Assembly (NCBI RefSeq): GCF_000485595.1
Contig: NW_014577078.1
Coordinates: forward strand, 1,314,977-1,378,976
From: Priapulus caudatus
Taxonomy: Eukaryota
Direction of reading: 5' to 3'
Length of the DNA: 64,000 nt
The position numbers were made by a program, and so were the translations under genes. Positions 26,501 through 38,701 of this stretch are shown one piece after another. The notes under the pieces were generated by a model. The model did not search any database. It saw only the letters and a list, made by a program, of their open reading frames with translations, and was not told the origin of the DNA. Each line of letters starts with the position of its first letter. Positions within the stretch are counted from its first letter, which is position 1.

Positions 26501-28073
26501 CATATACAGCTCCGCCTCTCGTGTTACTCCGCGGGCTCCTGCATCCCATCTCGCCTACTATCCAGCGAAGCGCCGCACTATGCCCATCCAGCGCCCCTGG
26601 CTCACTACTGCACGCTGACACCTGATGACCGTTCTGTGTCACGCTGCCTGGCCACGACTGCTTACAATCTGAAGTAGTTCGGACGCTCACAGCGATTAAT
26701 AATCAGAAGTGGAATAATAACGTAGGATTTTTCTCTAATTATAGATCGGATACATAGCATCTCAGGTCCGTATATCTCTGCCAGTATTCAGCGTGGTGAG
26801 TATAGATCCCGTGGAAAGATGCACGCGCGCCCGAGTATGTCGTCCGCCGCGCCTGGTTTCTTCCACCAAATCACCAGCAACACGCTATCGTCTAACCATG
26901 ACTTTGGCTGTCGTTACAGTGACTAGCACGCTCTTGTGATATCATGGGAAAGCGTATAATGACTTATATTTGCTCATTAATACGCTCCTGGTGATATGTA
27001 TATAGCCACGACAGGACCGTACGGTACGATGATTACAAAAGTACACGTTATAGTCGATAAAAACCATGCCCAGAGTCCATGCCCAACATTCTTGCTTTTC
27101 TCTTTGAGCAACACATTAAAATCAGGAGTAAGATAATAGAAGAAATGTTTTATAGTTGGATAGTTTAAACAAACCGATAAATGTCCTCTATGTACCACGA
27201 GCCTTTTGTAGATATACATCACGTATATACGATATACTACGCTAATATAAAATAAAATAAACAAATAGCACAAAAACCAATACTATAGTTGAAGTGAGTT
27301 GGTTTGTTTGTTCCTCCCGCATTTTGTGATGATTAACAACCATATACGTGTTCCCATAGAGCCCATGAGGCGAAAGGTAGGGTTGGAATTATGAAGACTA
27401 CATGAACAACGGGATCTATATAAGGTGTATGATATCAAGAGCGTATTAATTNNNNNNNNNNNNNNNNNNNNNNNNNAATATACTATATATATAATAATAT
27501 ATATAATATATAACACTATATTGATATGACAGTTCGATTGTATTCTTCCTTTGTATCCTGATTGCTCTCCTGGCCCTCGTAATCTCCTCTCTCTCTCCTT
27601 ATATATACCTATTAGTACGAACCATCCCAAACACAAGTATCAAGGTCCGCCTGGAATTTTGCTGCGGCTGATGGTTGTATAGAACAAATAGCTTCAATAT
27701 GCACGCTTAGTGCGCATACTCCACGAGCAGAAGACGCTGCATTACAAACAGCGGGGCGCAGACTGAACCGACGATCATACCTTATTCAAAGATCGCTATT
27801 CACCCGCTCCTTAGCCGAAATTTTCATGGCGTTATGTCAACTTATACATCTTCACTCTAATACGAGCTTGCTTTAATGATTTTCATTATTAAAGTCGACT
27901 TGTCACCCGCGCATAGTGTCGTCACTGTAGAGCATTCGCGTGACTTACTGATTAGATACAAGACTTGAAAAATCGTACACACTGCATTCTACGCTTAGTA
28001 CTCAGCAAAAAAAGAGATAGAGAGTGGAACCGGTGCCAAGAATTAAAGAGAGCCTTTGTACTGATCTGCGGAG

Positions 28074-28170
<97 letters not shown>

Positions 28171-28907
28171 GCACATATATGCGCTTGCACATATACACAC
28201 CGACACACGTACACACGGAGGGAAGCATACGTGTGCGTACATATGCGCAAGCCTAAAATACTCTCTACATCATAGATCCATGTCAGGTCAGGCTGTTGTC
28301 TTGTCATGTTCTCGTAACATTTGCGGTGTCACGTATAAAATGAGAGGCATGCAGATAATTGTAGATCTCATAAAAGTTCAAAATTTATTGCACTTATCAT
28401 ATTTATATAGTAACTGATATTGTCAACGTTTATCAAGAGAAAGATAATCAAAGTAATACAGAACTTGGCAACTATGTGGCATGTTAGCAAAGTTAAATAT
28501 GATTTACCCCAATGACCATCAATCTGACTCCTAGATCCTTCATTAGTCCTACGACTTCCACAGCTTATAACTTTAACTCCAGCATTAACCGTGGCGCCAA
28601 GCCTATCTCTGTAACGCTAACAATGATCCTATAAAACCCCATCTATACCGGTAATCGATCAGGTGTAACCTCTATCCGCGAATGTCCCCCCTTGCAGTCG
28701 CAACGGCATTTTTTACTTCATCCATGAACCATCTATCTCCATTATTGTCATCCTGTCACAGTAATGCAACTAGTACTCACCGGACCATAGTCTACTAAAG
28801 AAGCCTAGATTGTGCTCAAGGTTAAACACGTTATAGACGAACTGATAGTAGGCCAGCAGGAGGAAAACCACACCAGCCGCGAACACACGCCTCAGAGAAA
28901 CAGCCAT
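20600..28907 (-). CDS. RXYLT1: Probable ribitol-5-phosphate xylosyltransferase 1 (TMEM5)-like gene; frame broken by apparent sequence errors
   Basis: Clean first exon 28907-28781 (MAVSLRRVFAAGVVFLLLAYYQFVYNVF..., type II signal anchor, donor GTGAGT). Exon ~27415-27284 reads PVVHVVFIIPTLPFASWALWEHVYG (cf. LYLWEHIF). Exon ~26250-26600 (clearer in the copy at ~30830-31115) gives LAIVANG..SWLKR..LCHVGND..YFVI.D..RWSFG (cf. VLILNG..QWLL..LLGNE..LFIIYD..QWPLG). Near 21050: EASTLEYYQD..FLC (cf. ESLKNYQD..TLCP). Motif order is collinear. The 3' boundary is approximate. Confidence 0.6.
21780..24300. repeat. ~1.25-kb tandem duplication with indel-rich divergence
   Basis: ~21780-23050 aligns by eye with ~23080-24300, e.g. 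TTTGCATTCACTGTTC near 21916 and 23179, and TAGAAACCGTACG near 22150 and 23403. Confidence 0.8.
24600..25567. other. Extremely GC-rich low-complexity tract, probably a sequencing/gap-fill artefact
   Basis: Almost only C/G homopolymer runs, with no periodicity. Follows a (CA/CGCA)n microsatellite. Long ORFs in multiple frames on both strands are Pro/Gly/Arg/Ala only. Confidence 0.7.
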
Positions 28908-29948
28908 TGCAGGTTCGTCTAGCTCGCACGACGTATCGCCGCTTCTTAATTCGTTGGTGTGAGCCCAGAGTCGGCGGGCAACTGCGCTGATATACACACA
29001 TCGCGTGTATTTGATCAGAGCTTTCCAACATATCGCCTCTACCAACCAATCACGTAGTGAGTACACCGATGTCTTAGAGTAGTTATATAGAGCTAGCCTA
29101 CGTGCACAAATATGGCAAAGCAACTGAACTTATCATGGACCCCTTTATACGCGTGACCTCGTTTGATAGCATTGATATAATAAGGTGTTATTGCAGACGG
29201 GATAAAACCGGCCGATCCACTTTCCTTCATTTATGCGCATATATTGACAGTGGTGAATTGGCTGAGCTACCGCTCCGTACCTGGAGCTTTATGCATTAGT
29301 TGAGTTCGCATTCGCGTATAAGCATGTGTAGTATTCGCCATTTGGGTTAGCCGGTCTGTCGGTTGTACAAAGTAAACGGTAGTACAAAGTAACAGTAACC
29401 TTCCGTCAATTGTTCACCAATGGTGCACTACTTTGTGTCTGTAAAGAGCCGTCGTCTCAATTTACTTTGCGGGCATACTCTGCGCTAGAGTACACAACGG
29501 TCTGCTGTTTGTGTGCGAAACAGGATGCGACAACTTGCTGCAACCATGCTGTAACTGATAATAATGTAGCTAGCAAAAGTTTCGAGTAAAGTCTGAACCT
29601 TGAATCTTTTGTCATTTAGCATGAATGACAATTTTGTATGTTGTGTGTACGCCGAATCGCGCTAGGTATTTTTAATTAGCCTTTGTATCATATATATTCA
29701 GACCTGCTGCCTATATGCTGCCTATCTACTGTTCAAAAACACTTAAAATGTTTTCTGAAATGACACACTTGGTGTGGTTGGTAATGGTGATGGGCGCACC
29801 TAACATATTTATCGAACGCAGAAGGTAAAAATATCACGAAGAAAATTACCAAGCAACAAAACGTCAATTTTCGTAAGGACCACCAACGGTAGCAGGCCAG
29901 ATAACACACAGTGCATACAGTATATATATATATATATANNNNNNNNNN

Positions 29949-32900
29949 CTCCTCTATCTCTCTCTCTCTTTATATATATATAGTAACTATCCCAAACACA
30001 AGTATAAGTCCGTGGAATTTGCTGCGGCTGTGTAGAACAATAAGCTACAATATCACCGCTTAGTGCGCATACTCCACGAGCAGAACGCGGCTGCATTACA
30101 AAGCGCGCAGACTGAACCGAGGCATCATACCTTATCAAGATCGCTATTCACCCCTACCTTAGCCGAATTTTCATGGCTTTGTCAACTTATTTCCTTAATA
30201 CGAGCTTGTTTCAATGATTTTATTTATTAAAGTCGACTTTCACCCGCCCAATAGTGTTCGTCATGTGACATTGCGTGAATTACTGTGTAGTAATACCAAA
30301 GACTTGAAAAATGGTACACACTGCTTCTCTGCTTAGTACTCAGCAAAAAAAGAGATAGAGTGTGGAAACGGTGCCAAGAATTAAGAGAGCCTTGTATGCT
30401 GCTGCGGCACCCGCCAGTGAAAACTGTGAATCTTTTCACTAGCCCACTAAGCCAGTATCCCAGTAGGGCACCCAAAAATTATATTATTTACTGTGTAGTC
30501 CGGAAACCAACACAGGTAAATTCCCTAGATTTATAGTAAAGCTGTAAGAACTCAAGAATAACACAATAAGTCAGAAATAATGCACAATAATATTTAATCA
30601 AGATAATCAATATTTCAATCGCAAGGTTCTCTCCCCAAACGAATTCCAAGCATTTCTGCTTCTAACACAATTAAATCACTATAGCCGCACAGATACTCGA
30701 CCGGTAGATCATGCTATCTACTCTCTACTCGCTAAACTACTCTATTTCTCTCCTCCTGAAATCGACACGCGCTCTCGCTTTTATATGAGCTCCCGAATCT
30801 GCTTCCTTCACATGACGTAGTTTTCCCACATCATCGCCGAATTCGGTAACCAAAGCTCCAACGTCCTCGCTCTTCGCTCCTCGGCTAAAATACTATTGCG
30901 GAGTTTGTCTCATATGACAAAATACACTTGGCCTATGGCCGGGTTATTCTTGACCAGATGCGTCATTGCCAACGTGGCACAGAACACGTATGCGAGTTCC
31001 AACACGCTAGCACTCTCTAGTGTAGAGACTCGTTCTCTTCAACCAGCTTCCCATCTCGTGTTACTCCGCGGCTATCATCCCATTCGCCACTATAGCAAGC
31101 CCAAGCATTGCTACTGTAATATGCAGCTACATTAATTCATGTAAACTGCATGCTTACAATTGAATAGTTCGAGTAAGCGATATAATCAGAAGTGAATAAT
31201 AATAGATTTTTCTTAATATAATCTATAATAGATCTATTATTATTCACTCCTGATATAATCCACGTTGAAAGATCAAGCGCGCCATATGTACAGCCCGCGC
31301 TGGTTTCCACAAACAAACAAAAAAGTATCGTCTAAAATGATTTGCTGTCGTACGTGATATCACGCTCTTGGTGATATCAGGAGCGTATAATGACATTATA
31401 TTTGTCATTATACGCTCCTGGTGATATGTATATAGCCACGACAGGACGTACTGTACGATGATCAAAGTACGTGTATAGTCGTAACCCATGCCCAGGTCCA
31501 TGCCAACTATGCTTGCTTTTCTCTTTGAGCACACACATTAAATCAGGAGTAGATAATAGAAGAATGTTTATCAGTTGTGATAGTTAAACACGATAAATGT
31601 CCTCTATGTACCCCCGAGTTTTTGTACGATATATACGTATATACGATATATACGTAATATAAAATGAAATAAAAATAGCACAAAAACCAATACTATAGTT
31701 TGAAGTGAGTTGGTTTGTTTGTTCCTCCCGCATTTTTGTATCGATTACAACCATATGTGTTCCCATAGAGCCCATGAGGCGAAAGGTAGGGTTGGAATTA
31801 TGAATGACTACATGAACAACGGGATTCTATATAAGGTGTATGATATCAAGAGCGTATTAATTTACAAACACAGTAGCGTAATCACAGACTTAAGACACAC
31901 AACACTACAACACCACACACACACACACACACACCAACACACACACAACACACACACCACACACACACACACACACACAACCACACAACACACACACCAC
32001 ACACCACACAGACACACAACGAGACCTCCACACACCACGCACATATTATGCGCTTGCCCAACATATACACACCCGACCACATAGACACCGTACCACGGAG
32101 GGACAGCTGATCGTGCGGCGTAGCATATGCGCAGCATAAAATACTCTCTTACATCATAGATCCATGTTCAGTCAGGCCTGTTTGTCTTCGTCTGTTCTCT
32201 GTAACATTTGCAGGTGTCAAGCGTATAAAAATGAGAGGCATCAGATAATTGTAGGATCTCATAAAAGTTCAAAAATTTATTGCATTTATCATGATTTATA
32301 TAGTAACGATATTGTCCAACGTTATTCCAAGAGAAGAAAAGATAGAATCAAAGGTAATACAGTAGAACTTGCACTATGTGGCATGTTTGAGCAAAGTTTA
32401 ATATGTATGTATTTAACCCCGCAGATTGAACCTATCAGTCTGACTCCTAGTATTCCTTCATTAATGCCTACGACTTCCACATGGCTTTTAACTTTAAATC
32501 CAGCCATTCAACGTTGGCGAACGCAAGCCTATATCTGGTAAACGCTAACAATGATCCTAGAAAATACGCACAATCTATACATACAATTAATGTAACCCGA
32601 AACCGTCCAAAGACGGATAGGGAGAACCCAAAGATGATACGCCGAACCCCAACCACTAACTCCAGTTGTGGTTTGGGTTAACACCTTAATCGTATCTAAT
32701 TCTATACCGGATATATACGATTGTCAGGCATGAAGTGTAACCATCTATGCCTTATGTGCGCGAATGTCCACACCCAGAATATCTTGCAAGTCGGCAACGT
32801 GCATTTTTTACGGTCATTCTGCCTGAACCATCTATCTTCCCATTATTGCTCACGATGCTGTCTAAGCAGTATATGCAACTATATAGTAGACTATCACGCG

Positions 32901-34260
32901 GACGCATAGTCTACCTAAATGAAGCCTGAGAATTTGTGGCTCAAGGTTAAGGACGACGTTATATGACGAACGTTGATAGTAAACCAGCAGAATTGAGGGA
33001 AAAACCACACCAGCCGCGAACACGACGCCTCAGAGAAACAGCGACATTGCAAGGTTCGTTCTACTCGCCGATTCGTAATGCGGCCGGCTTCTTAATATCG
33101 TCTTATGGTCGTGAGCCCGCAGAGTCGGCGGCAACTTGCGCTGATATACACACATCGCGTGTATTTGATCAGAGCTTCCGCAACATAGTCGGCCCTACCA
33201 ACCAATCACGTAGTGAGTAGCAAATTACAAAAAAACCAGGATGTCCTTAGAGTATTTATATACGAGTCTAGCACCTATCGTGCAACAAATATGGCAAAGC
33301 AACTCGAACTTATCATGGACACCCTTTATAACCGGGGCGTGGACCCCCTCGTTTGATAGCATTATATAATTAAGGTGTTATTGCTAAAGTACCGGAATAA
33401 AAACCAGGCCGATCCACTTTCCTTCATTTATTGGCGTCATAATATTGATCAGTGGTGAATTTGGCTAAGGCTTAATTCCGCTCCGTACCGCTGAGCTTTA
33501 TGCATTAGTTGAGTTTCGCATATCGCGTATTAAAGCATGAATGTAGCTATTACGCACATTCTGGGTTAGCCGGTTCTGTCGTTGTACAAAGTAAAGCGGT
33601 AGTACCAAAGTAACAGTAACCGCTCGTCAATTGTTCACTGGATGCAATGGTGCACTAACTTTTGTTGTCTGTAAAGACCGTCGTCTCAATTTACTTTGGA
33701 CGGCGGCATACTCTGCCTAGATACATCAACGGTCATGCTGATTTGTGTGCGAAACAGGATGGCGACAACATCTGCTGCAAACCTAAATGCTGTAATACGG
33801 TGATAATAATGTAGTCTAGTCAAAAGTTCTTCGAGTAAAAAGTCTTGAAACGTGAATCTCTGTCATATTAGCATGAAAAATGACTAATTTTGATATGTTT
33901 GTGTGTAGAGACCGAATCGCGCTAGGTATTTTAATTAAGTCCTTTGTATCATATCAATATTCAGAACACTGCATGCTGACCTATATGCTGGCCTATCTAA
34001 TCTGTTCAAAAAACACTATAAACATTGTTTTCTGAAATGACACAGACCACCATATGGTGTGGTTGGTAATCGGTGATGGGCGCACGCTAACAATAATCAC
34101 AGAACGCGAGAAGGTAAAAATATCACGAAGAAAAATTACCAGCACAACAAAAACGTCAAATTTATCGTAAGGGAGGCCACCAACGTAGCAAGGCGCCAGA
34201 TAACAATCAGTGACATACAGTATATATACTATATATATATAATATATATATTATATATGT
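29949..34260. repeat. Second, noisy copy of the 25.6-29.9 kb region (5' half of the RXYLT1-like gene)
   Basis: 30165-31860 matches 25570-27450, 29950-30390 matches 27585-28070, and 32030-34250 matches 28170-29938. Differences are mostly single-base indels. Copies are bounded by N-gaps and microsatellites. Confidence 0.85.
31378..31420. mobile_element. 43-bp CA..TG hairpin with 7-bp TSD (P-like micro-element)
   Basis: CAGGAGCGTATAATGAC / GTCATTATACGCTCCTG, flanked by GTGATAT at 31371-31377 and 31421-31427. A noisy duplicate lies near 26943-26989. Confidence 0.75.
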
Positions 34261-34878
34261 GTATCTGTGGGTGGTGTCGGTGAACGTGTGTGCGGCGTCG
34301 AGCGTGCGTGTTGTGTGTGTGTGGGTGTGGTATGTCTGTAAGTGTATGCTCTGGTAATTGTATGTCTGTGTGTGTGTGCGTGCGTGCGCGTGCGTGCGTG
34401 CCGGTGCGGCGCGTGCGTGCGTGCGTGCGTGCGCTGCGTGCGTGCGTGCGACTGTGTGTGTTTTTTGTGTGGGGGGGGAGGTAGGGGTAGGGGTCGGGGT
34501 AAGGAGATAAAAGGACATTTGACAACTTGACATTTGACGTCGCATTTCTTGCCATGAGGACCAACGATAGCTTAAGATTCAGTATATACACCCCAGCTCC
34601 ACCAGCGTCAGGATGGCGGTGTTGCCGTGAATTGTTTGGACTATCAAGTGGGCTACTCGCGAGATTTGTCCATATTCGTACACGCGGGATCCATGCGTGC
34701 GCTCGCGCATGCGTGCAAATACTTGCTAATACATACATGGGCCCGTGTACCTGCGTGTGGTATGGGTGTGTGCACGCAGGTACACGCGCGGCAGCGTGCA
34801 CGTGTGCGAACACGTGTGATCATGCGGGTATATGTACACGTGCGTAAGTGTGCGAGTATGCAAGCATGTATGTATGTG

Positions 34879-34964
34879 CCAAACTGCATGCAGTGCCCCC
34901 TTCGTACAACTCAAGATACTCGTGAATTGAGCCAGAGCGAGAGCGCCATCTGTCGTGGAGTTTG
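34879..34964 (-). promoter_or_regulatory. 85-bp dispersed module with two co-oriented CTCF-like motifs
   Basis: The minus strand reads CCACGACAGATGGCGCT and CGAAGGGGGCACTG. An inverted copy lies at 56292-56335 plus 57349-57387. Confidence 0.45.
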
Positions 34965-36183
34965 TGTATGTGCATGCATGTACATTCGCGCATGTGTGTA
35001 CAAGCACGCTTGCGTGAATGTGCGCACATGGGCGTATGTGCACGCGTGCCCGTGTATGAACGTGTGTACATTCGTATACGTGTTACGTCACGTTAATACG
35101 GTACATAGCACGTTTAGTTAGAATAATTAATTAGTTATTGCTTCATCTGTTCGGTTTCGCGTCGCGGTTCCGTTCGTTGATCATGTTCAATATACGATGG
35201 ATACAGTGAGATTAGACAGATTTCATTGTTTTATGCAAGACAACGTAGTTTATTTGCACTCTTGTTTAGAGCAGGTGGCGGAGCTGATGAGTTGACATCG
35301 CTAATGTTGTCCGTACACATTAATCGGTTCGATCACATTGTATATAATGATTGTGGAGTCAGTATAGTTCCTTCGCAGTGAGTAGCATTACGTGCATTGA
35401 GTTTAACAAATAACACTGCTAGCAAATACTAACTTATTGTGAGAAATCTTAGCGTTATGTACGACTGAAGTCAATTGAGTGTAGAATAGAGCATTTTAAT
35501 GATTTGTCGCAATCATAATAAATTATTCATGCAAGTTGCTAATAGTTTTTTTTAAATTTTATTCCTGTCTCCGAGCGGTGCATGCATTAGTAAAACAATC
35601 GCAGACAATGTGACTGCGAGCTAGCTTTATCGTACATCGATCCCTGACGAGTTTCTGAATTTCAATTCTCTTCGGCAGTAGTGGGAAAGGGGGCAGTAGT
35701 GGGCTGTTGACCCGCTGCCGCCACTGGGCTCTGACACAAGTTCCAAAAAGTCACCTAGAGTTGGCCTCGTTAACGGCAGATCTTCACTCGCTCCCTGTAG
35801 CGGGCTGGGGTCGTAGTGAATAACTGCTCTTGAGATAAATAACATGTACCTGGAGTATGCTGGACACGGGGGGGGGGATGACTACAGAACCACGCAAAGT
35901 TTATAAACAGACACGTGTAGCTCAAACGTCTAATGTGATAGATGTGCGTTGCACATATTAAACACGACCCGCCCGACGTGTTGGCAGCCGGCTGCATATT
36001 TATGTCATAAATATTTATCTACGGCGATTGAGAACGTCATATTTTGAATAGAAAACGCTACCCTTTCTTTTGAAAGATTAGGTATGTGCGAATTTTTTAG
36101 AGAATATATTATAAAGCTCCTGAACGTATCGTATTTGCTCGACGTGCTCGTGTGCGCGTGTGAGCGAGCGTGCGTGCGTGTGA

Positions 36184-36214
<31 letters not shown>

Positions 36215-36853
36215 TGTGAGCATGCGTGCGTACGTGCGTTCGTTTGTGCGTTTGTTCGCGCTTGCACGCGTAGGTATGTGATGTTCTACATCCGCTGTTC
36301 CGATATATTCTTGTTGTGGTAAAGCCGACCTCTCGGTCGTGGGTAATTCATTGACTTGTATTGTACGAACTCCGTCCTTCCGAGCCTCACTCACTGTAGT
36401 GCCCTATGTGTGCTTCACGGACAGCTCAAGACACGACGCAACACACTGTGATCACGAAGCATCATTTCAGCATTAATTTTGTCACCGAAATTCGCTACCG
36501 ATGTGAACGTCGGGCCTAAAGCCGTTTCCACGAAAAATTTCAATTCTAGAGGGCCTGTTGTTATGCCCCTTTAGGCTTACAGTTTACCCCGGATTCATCT
36601 TGACATGTGACATGTACAAATCAGGCATTGAGGCGAAGGGTGGCTAATGTAGATAGTAATTAAAAAAAATAATTTGTTTGGCAGCCACGTTACACATATA
36701 CTCCAACTATAGCTTGTGCATGTGTAGTGGGATAGGCGCAATAATATAACCACAGTTTACGCCACGCAACCCTTATCGATCACGACCTTGCTAGATTTTA
36801 TAACGACGTACATCCGGGCGGGTAGCGAATATTTTTTCCTTACACGTTATATC

Positions 36854-37081
36854 CATTGATCTCTATAATATAATCAGATTATATTATATCATATTATATA
36901 ATATTAATCAGATTATATTATATTAATCAGATTATATTATAGAGATCAGTGGTTATATCAGAGCATATAAATCACCAGGTGATTTATATGCTCTGGTTAT
37001 ATCACTGATCTCTATAATAATATCATATTATATATATTATGAATATATATATATATAATGATTATATTATAGAGATCAGTG
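36854..37081. mobile_element. Three adjacent CA..TG hairpin micro-elements separated by GTTATAT
   Basis: Hairpins at 36854-36951, 36959-36995 and 37003-37081. GTTATAT at 36846, 36952, 36996 and 37083. Confidence 0.75.
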
Positions 37082-37486
37082 GGTTATATCCATTGCAGAG
37101 TTTTGGGCTCCTCTGATTGGCTGCTTTGATTTGCTTTGACTCAACCTATGGACTCAACAAACCTTCAAAACAAGGGAACAAACGCCATTTGTAAATATTT
37201 GTTATGGTTTATGATCGGTAGATAAGTAAGTTTTCTGATTTATTTTTCATGAAAAACACACATTTTACTCATTAATATAAAATATAATATCACTATAATT
37301 ACAATTCTTTGTGTAAATGTGTTATTTTCATCGTTAACGTTAAGTTATGAGAGGGTCTGGCCCATAGATATCCTATAAATGGGATATCTATGGTCTGGGC
37401 TCTCGTAACACTTACTACATACGTACGTATACGTACTCGTACTATAGTATAGCCCTTCGCAGGAGGAAGGAACGAAGGGCTATACT

Positions 37487-37880
37487 CAGGGGCGGACTGG
37501 CACCTTGTGGGCCCTCGGGCAATACCTGTGATTGGGTCCCGGTCCACTGACCGCGGTCGGGGGTCCGGACTTTGTGAAACTCAAAAGGCCTGCAATATCA
37601 GAAATTCTCGATAAGGAATACCGTGTTGAAATGTTTACACCAAATCACCCATTCAAAAAATAAGGTTGTTAGGTAGGTGATTGGAACTTTGAAAAAGTGG
37701 TGGAACCGTCACCCCCCGATATGGATTGAAAAAAGTCCTCGGATTTGGGGCACAATATTTTTCAGACCGACCGATAAAGAAGAAAAACTGGAAAACAAAT
37801 AAAAAATTTTTTTTCCCTTTTTTCGAGGGGCCATTATTTGAGGGGCCATATCATTTGCCCGAGGGGCCAGTCCGCCCCTG
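37487..37880. mobile_element. hAT-like MITE
   Basis: TIR CAGGGGCGGACTGGC / GCCAGTCCGCCCCTG. 8-bp TSD GCTATACT / GCTATAGT (7 of 8 match). Confidence 0.85.
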
Positions 37881-38592
37881 GCTATAGTACTAGAGCTATG
37901 CGTACTCGTACTCGTTGACGCTAGACTGAGAAAAAAGTTTTCTGGTGTATTTTTTTGAAAAACTTAAAAAACACATTTTACTCATTAAGATAAAATATAA
38001 TATCACTATAATTGCAATTCTTTGTGTACATGTATTTTCAAATGTAAACAAGTACTAACACATACGTGTCGTTTAATAACAAAGGTTTGTTTACTTTTTG
38101 CTCAGTCTAGCGTCAACGAGTACGTATAGCTCTAGTACTAGTCTATAGCCCTTAGCTTCTTCTATAGGAAGGGCTACTCTATAGTACGAGTACGTATACG
38201 TACGTATGTAGTATTACGAGAGCCCAGACCCTTTCATAACTTAAGATTATGATGACAATAACACATTTACACAAAGAATTGTAATTATAGTTATAATATT
38301 ATATTTTATATTAATGAGTAAAATGTGTGTTTTTTTTAATAGAAAATACATCAGAAAACCCGGCAGAAAACGTACTTATCTACCGATCATAAACTAAAAC
38401 AAATATTTGCAAATGGCGTTTGTTTTCTTGTTTTGAAGGTTTGTTGAGTCGAAGCAAATCAAAGCAGCCAATCAGAGGAGCCCAATGGATATAACGTGTA
38501 GGAAAAAAAATTCGCATCCGGGTATACGTATATCCAGAATTTCCACGAAGTGAGTAGACTCCGGAAACTTACCAGGATGCACTACGTAGACA

Positions 38593-38600
38593 TATAAATA
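38593..38600 (+). promoter_or_regulatory. Candidate TATA box of the LNR/perivitellin-repeat gene
   Basis: TATAAATA about 100 nt upstream of ATG 38702. Possible 50-nt 5'UTR intron at 38651-38700 (GTAACC...GGCAG). Confidence 0.4.
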
Positions 38601-38701
38601 AGAGCCCAAGGCCCTGGCTGATAGAATCTTCATAGCCAGCCTGACTGATGGTAACCAGATTTTTCTTCTTAATATCATAATTTAAAATTATTTGAGGCAG
38701 C

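Larger units (their letters stand above)
36825..38515. mobile_element. ~1.7-kb composite foldback element with nested insertions
   Basis: Left arm (36825-36855, 37083-37486, 37881-37935) is the reverse complement of the right arm (~38095-38515), e.g. GGGCTCCTCTGATTGGCTGCTTTGATTTGC / GCAAATCAAAGCAGCCAATCAGAGGAGCCC. Confidence 0.85.

Noticed and set aside
38530..38575. kB-like sites (AGAATTTCC, GGAAACTTACC) upstream of the LNR/repeat gene
   Set aside because: They do not fit GGGRNNYYCC well and are expected by chance.
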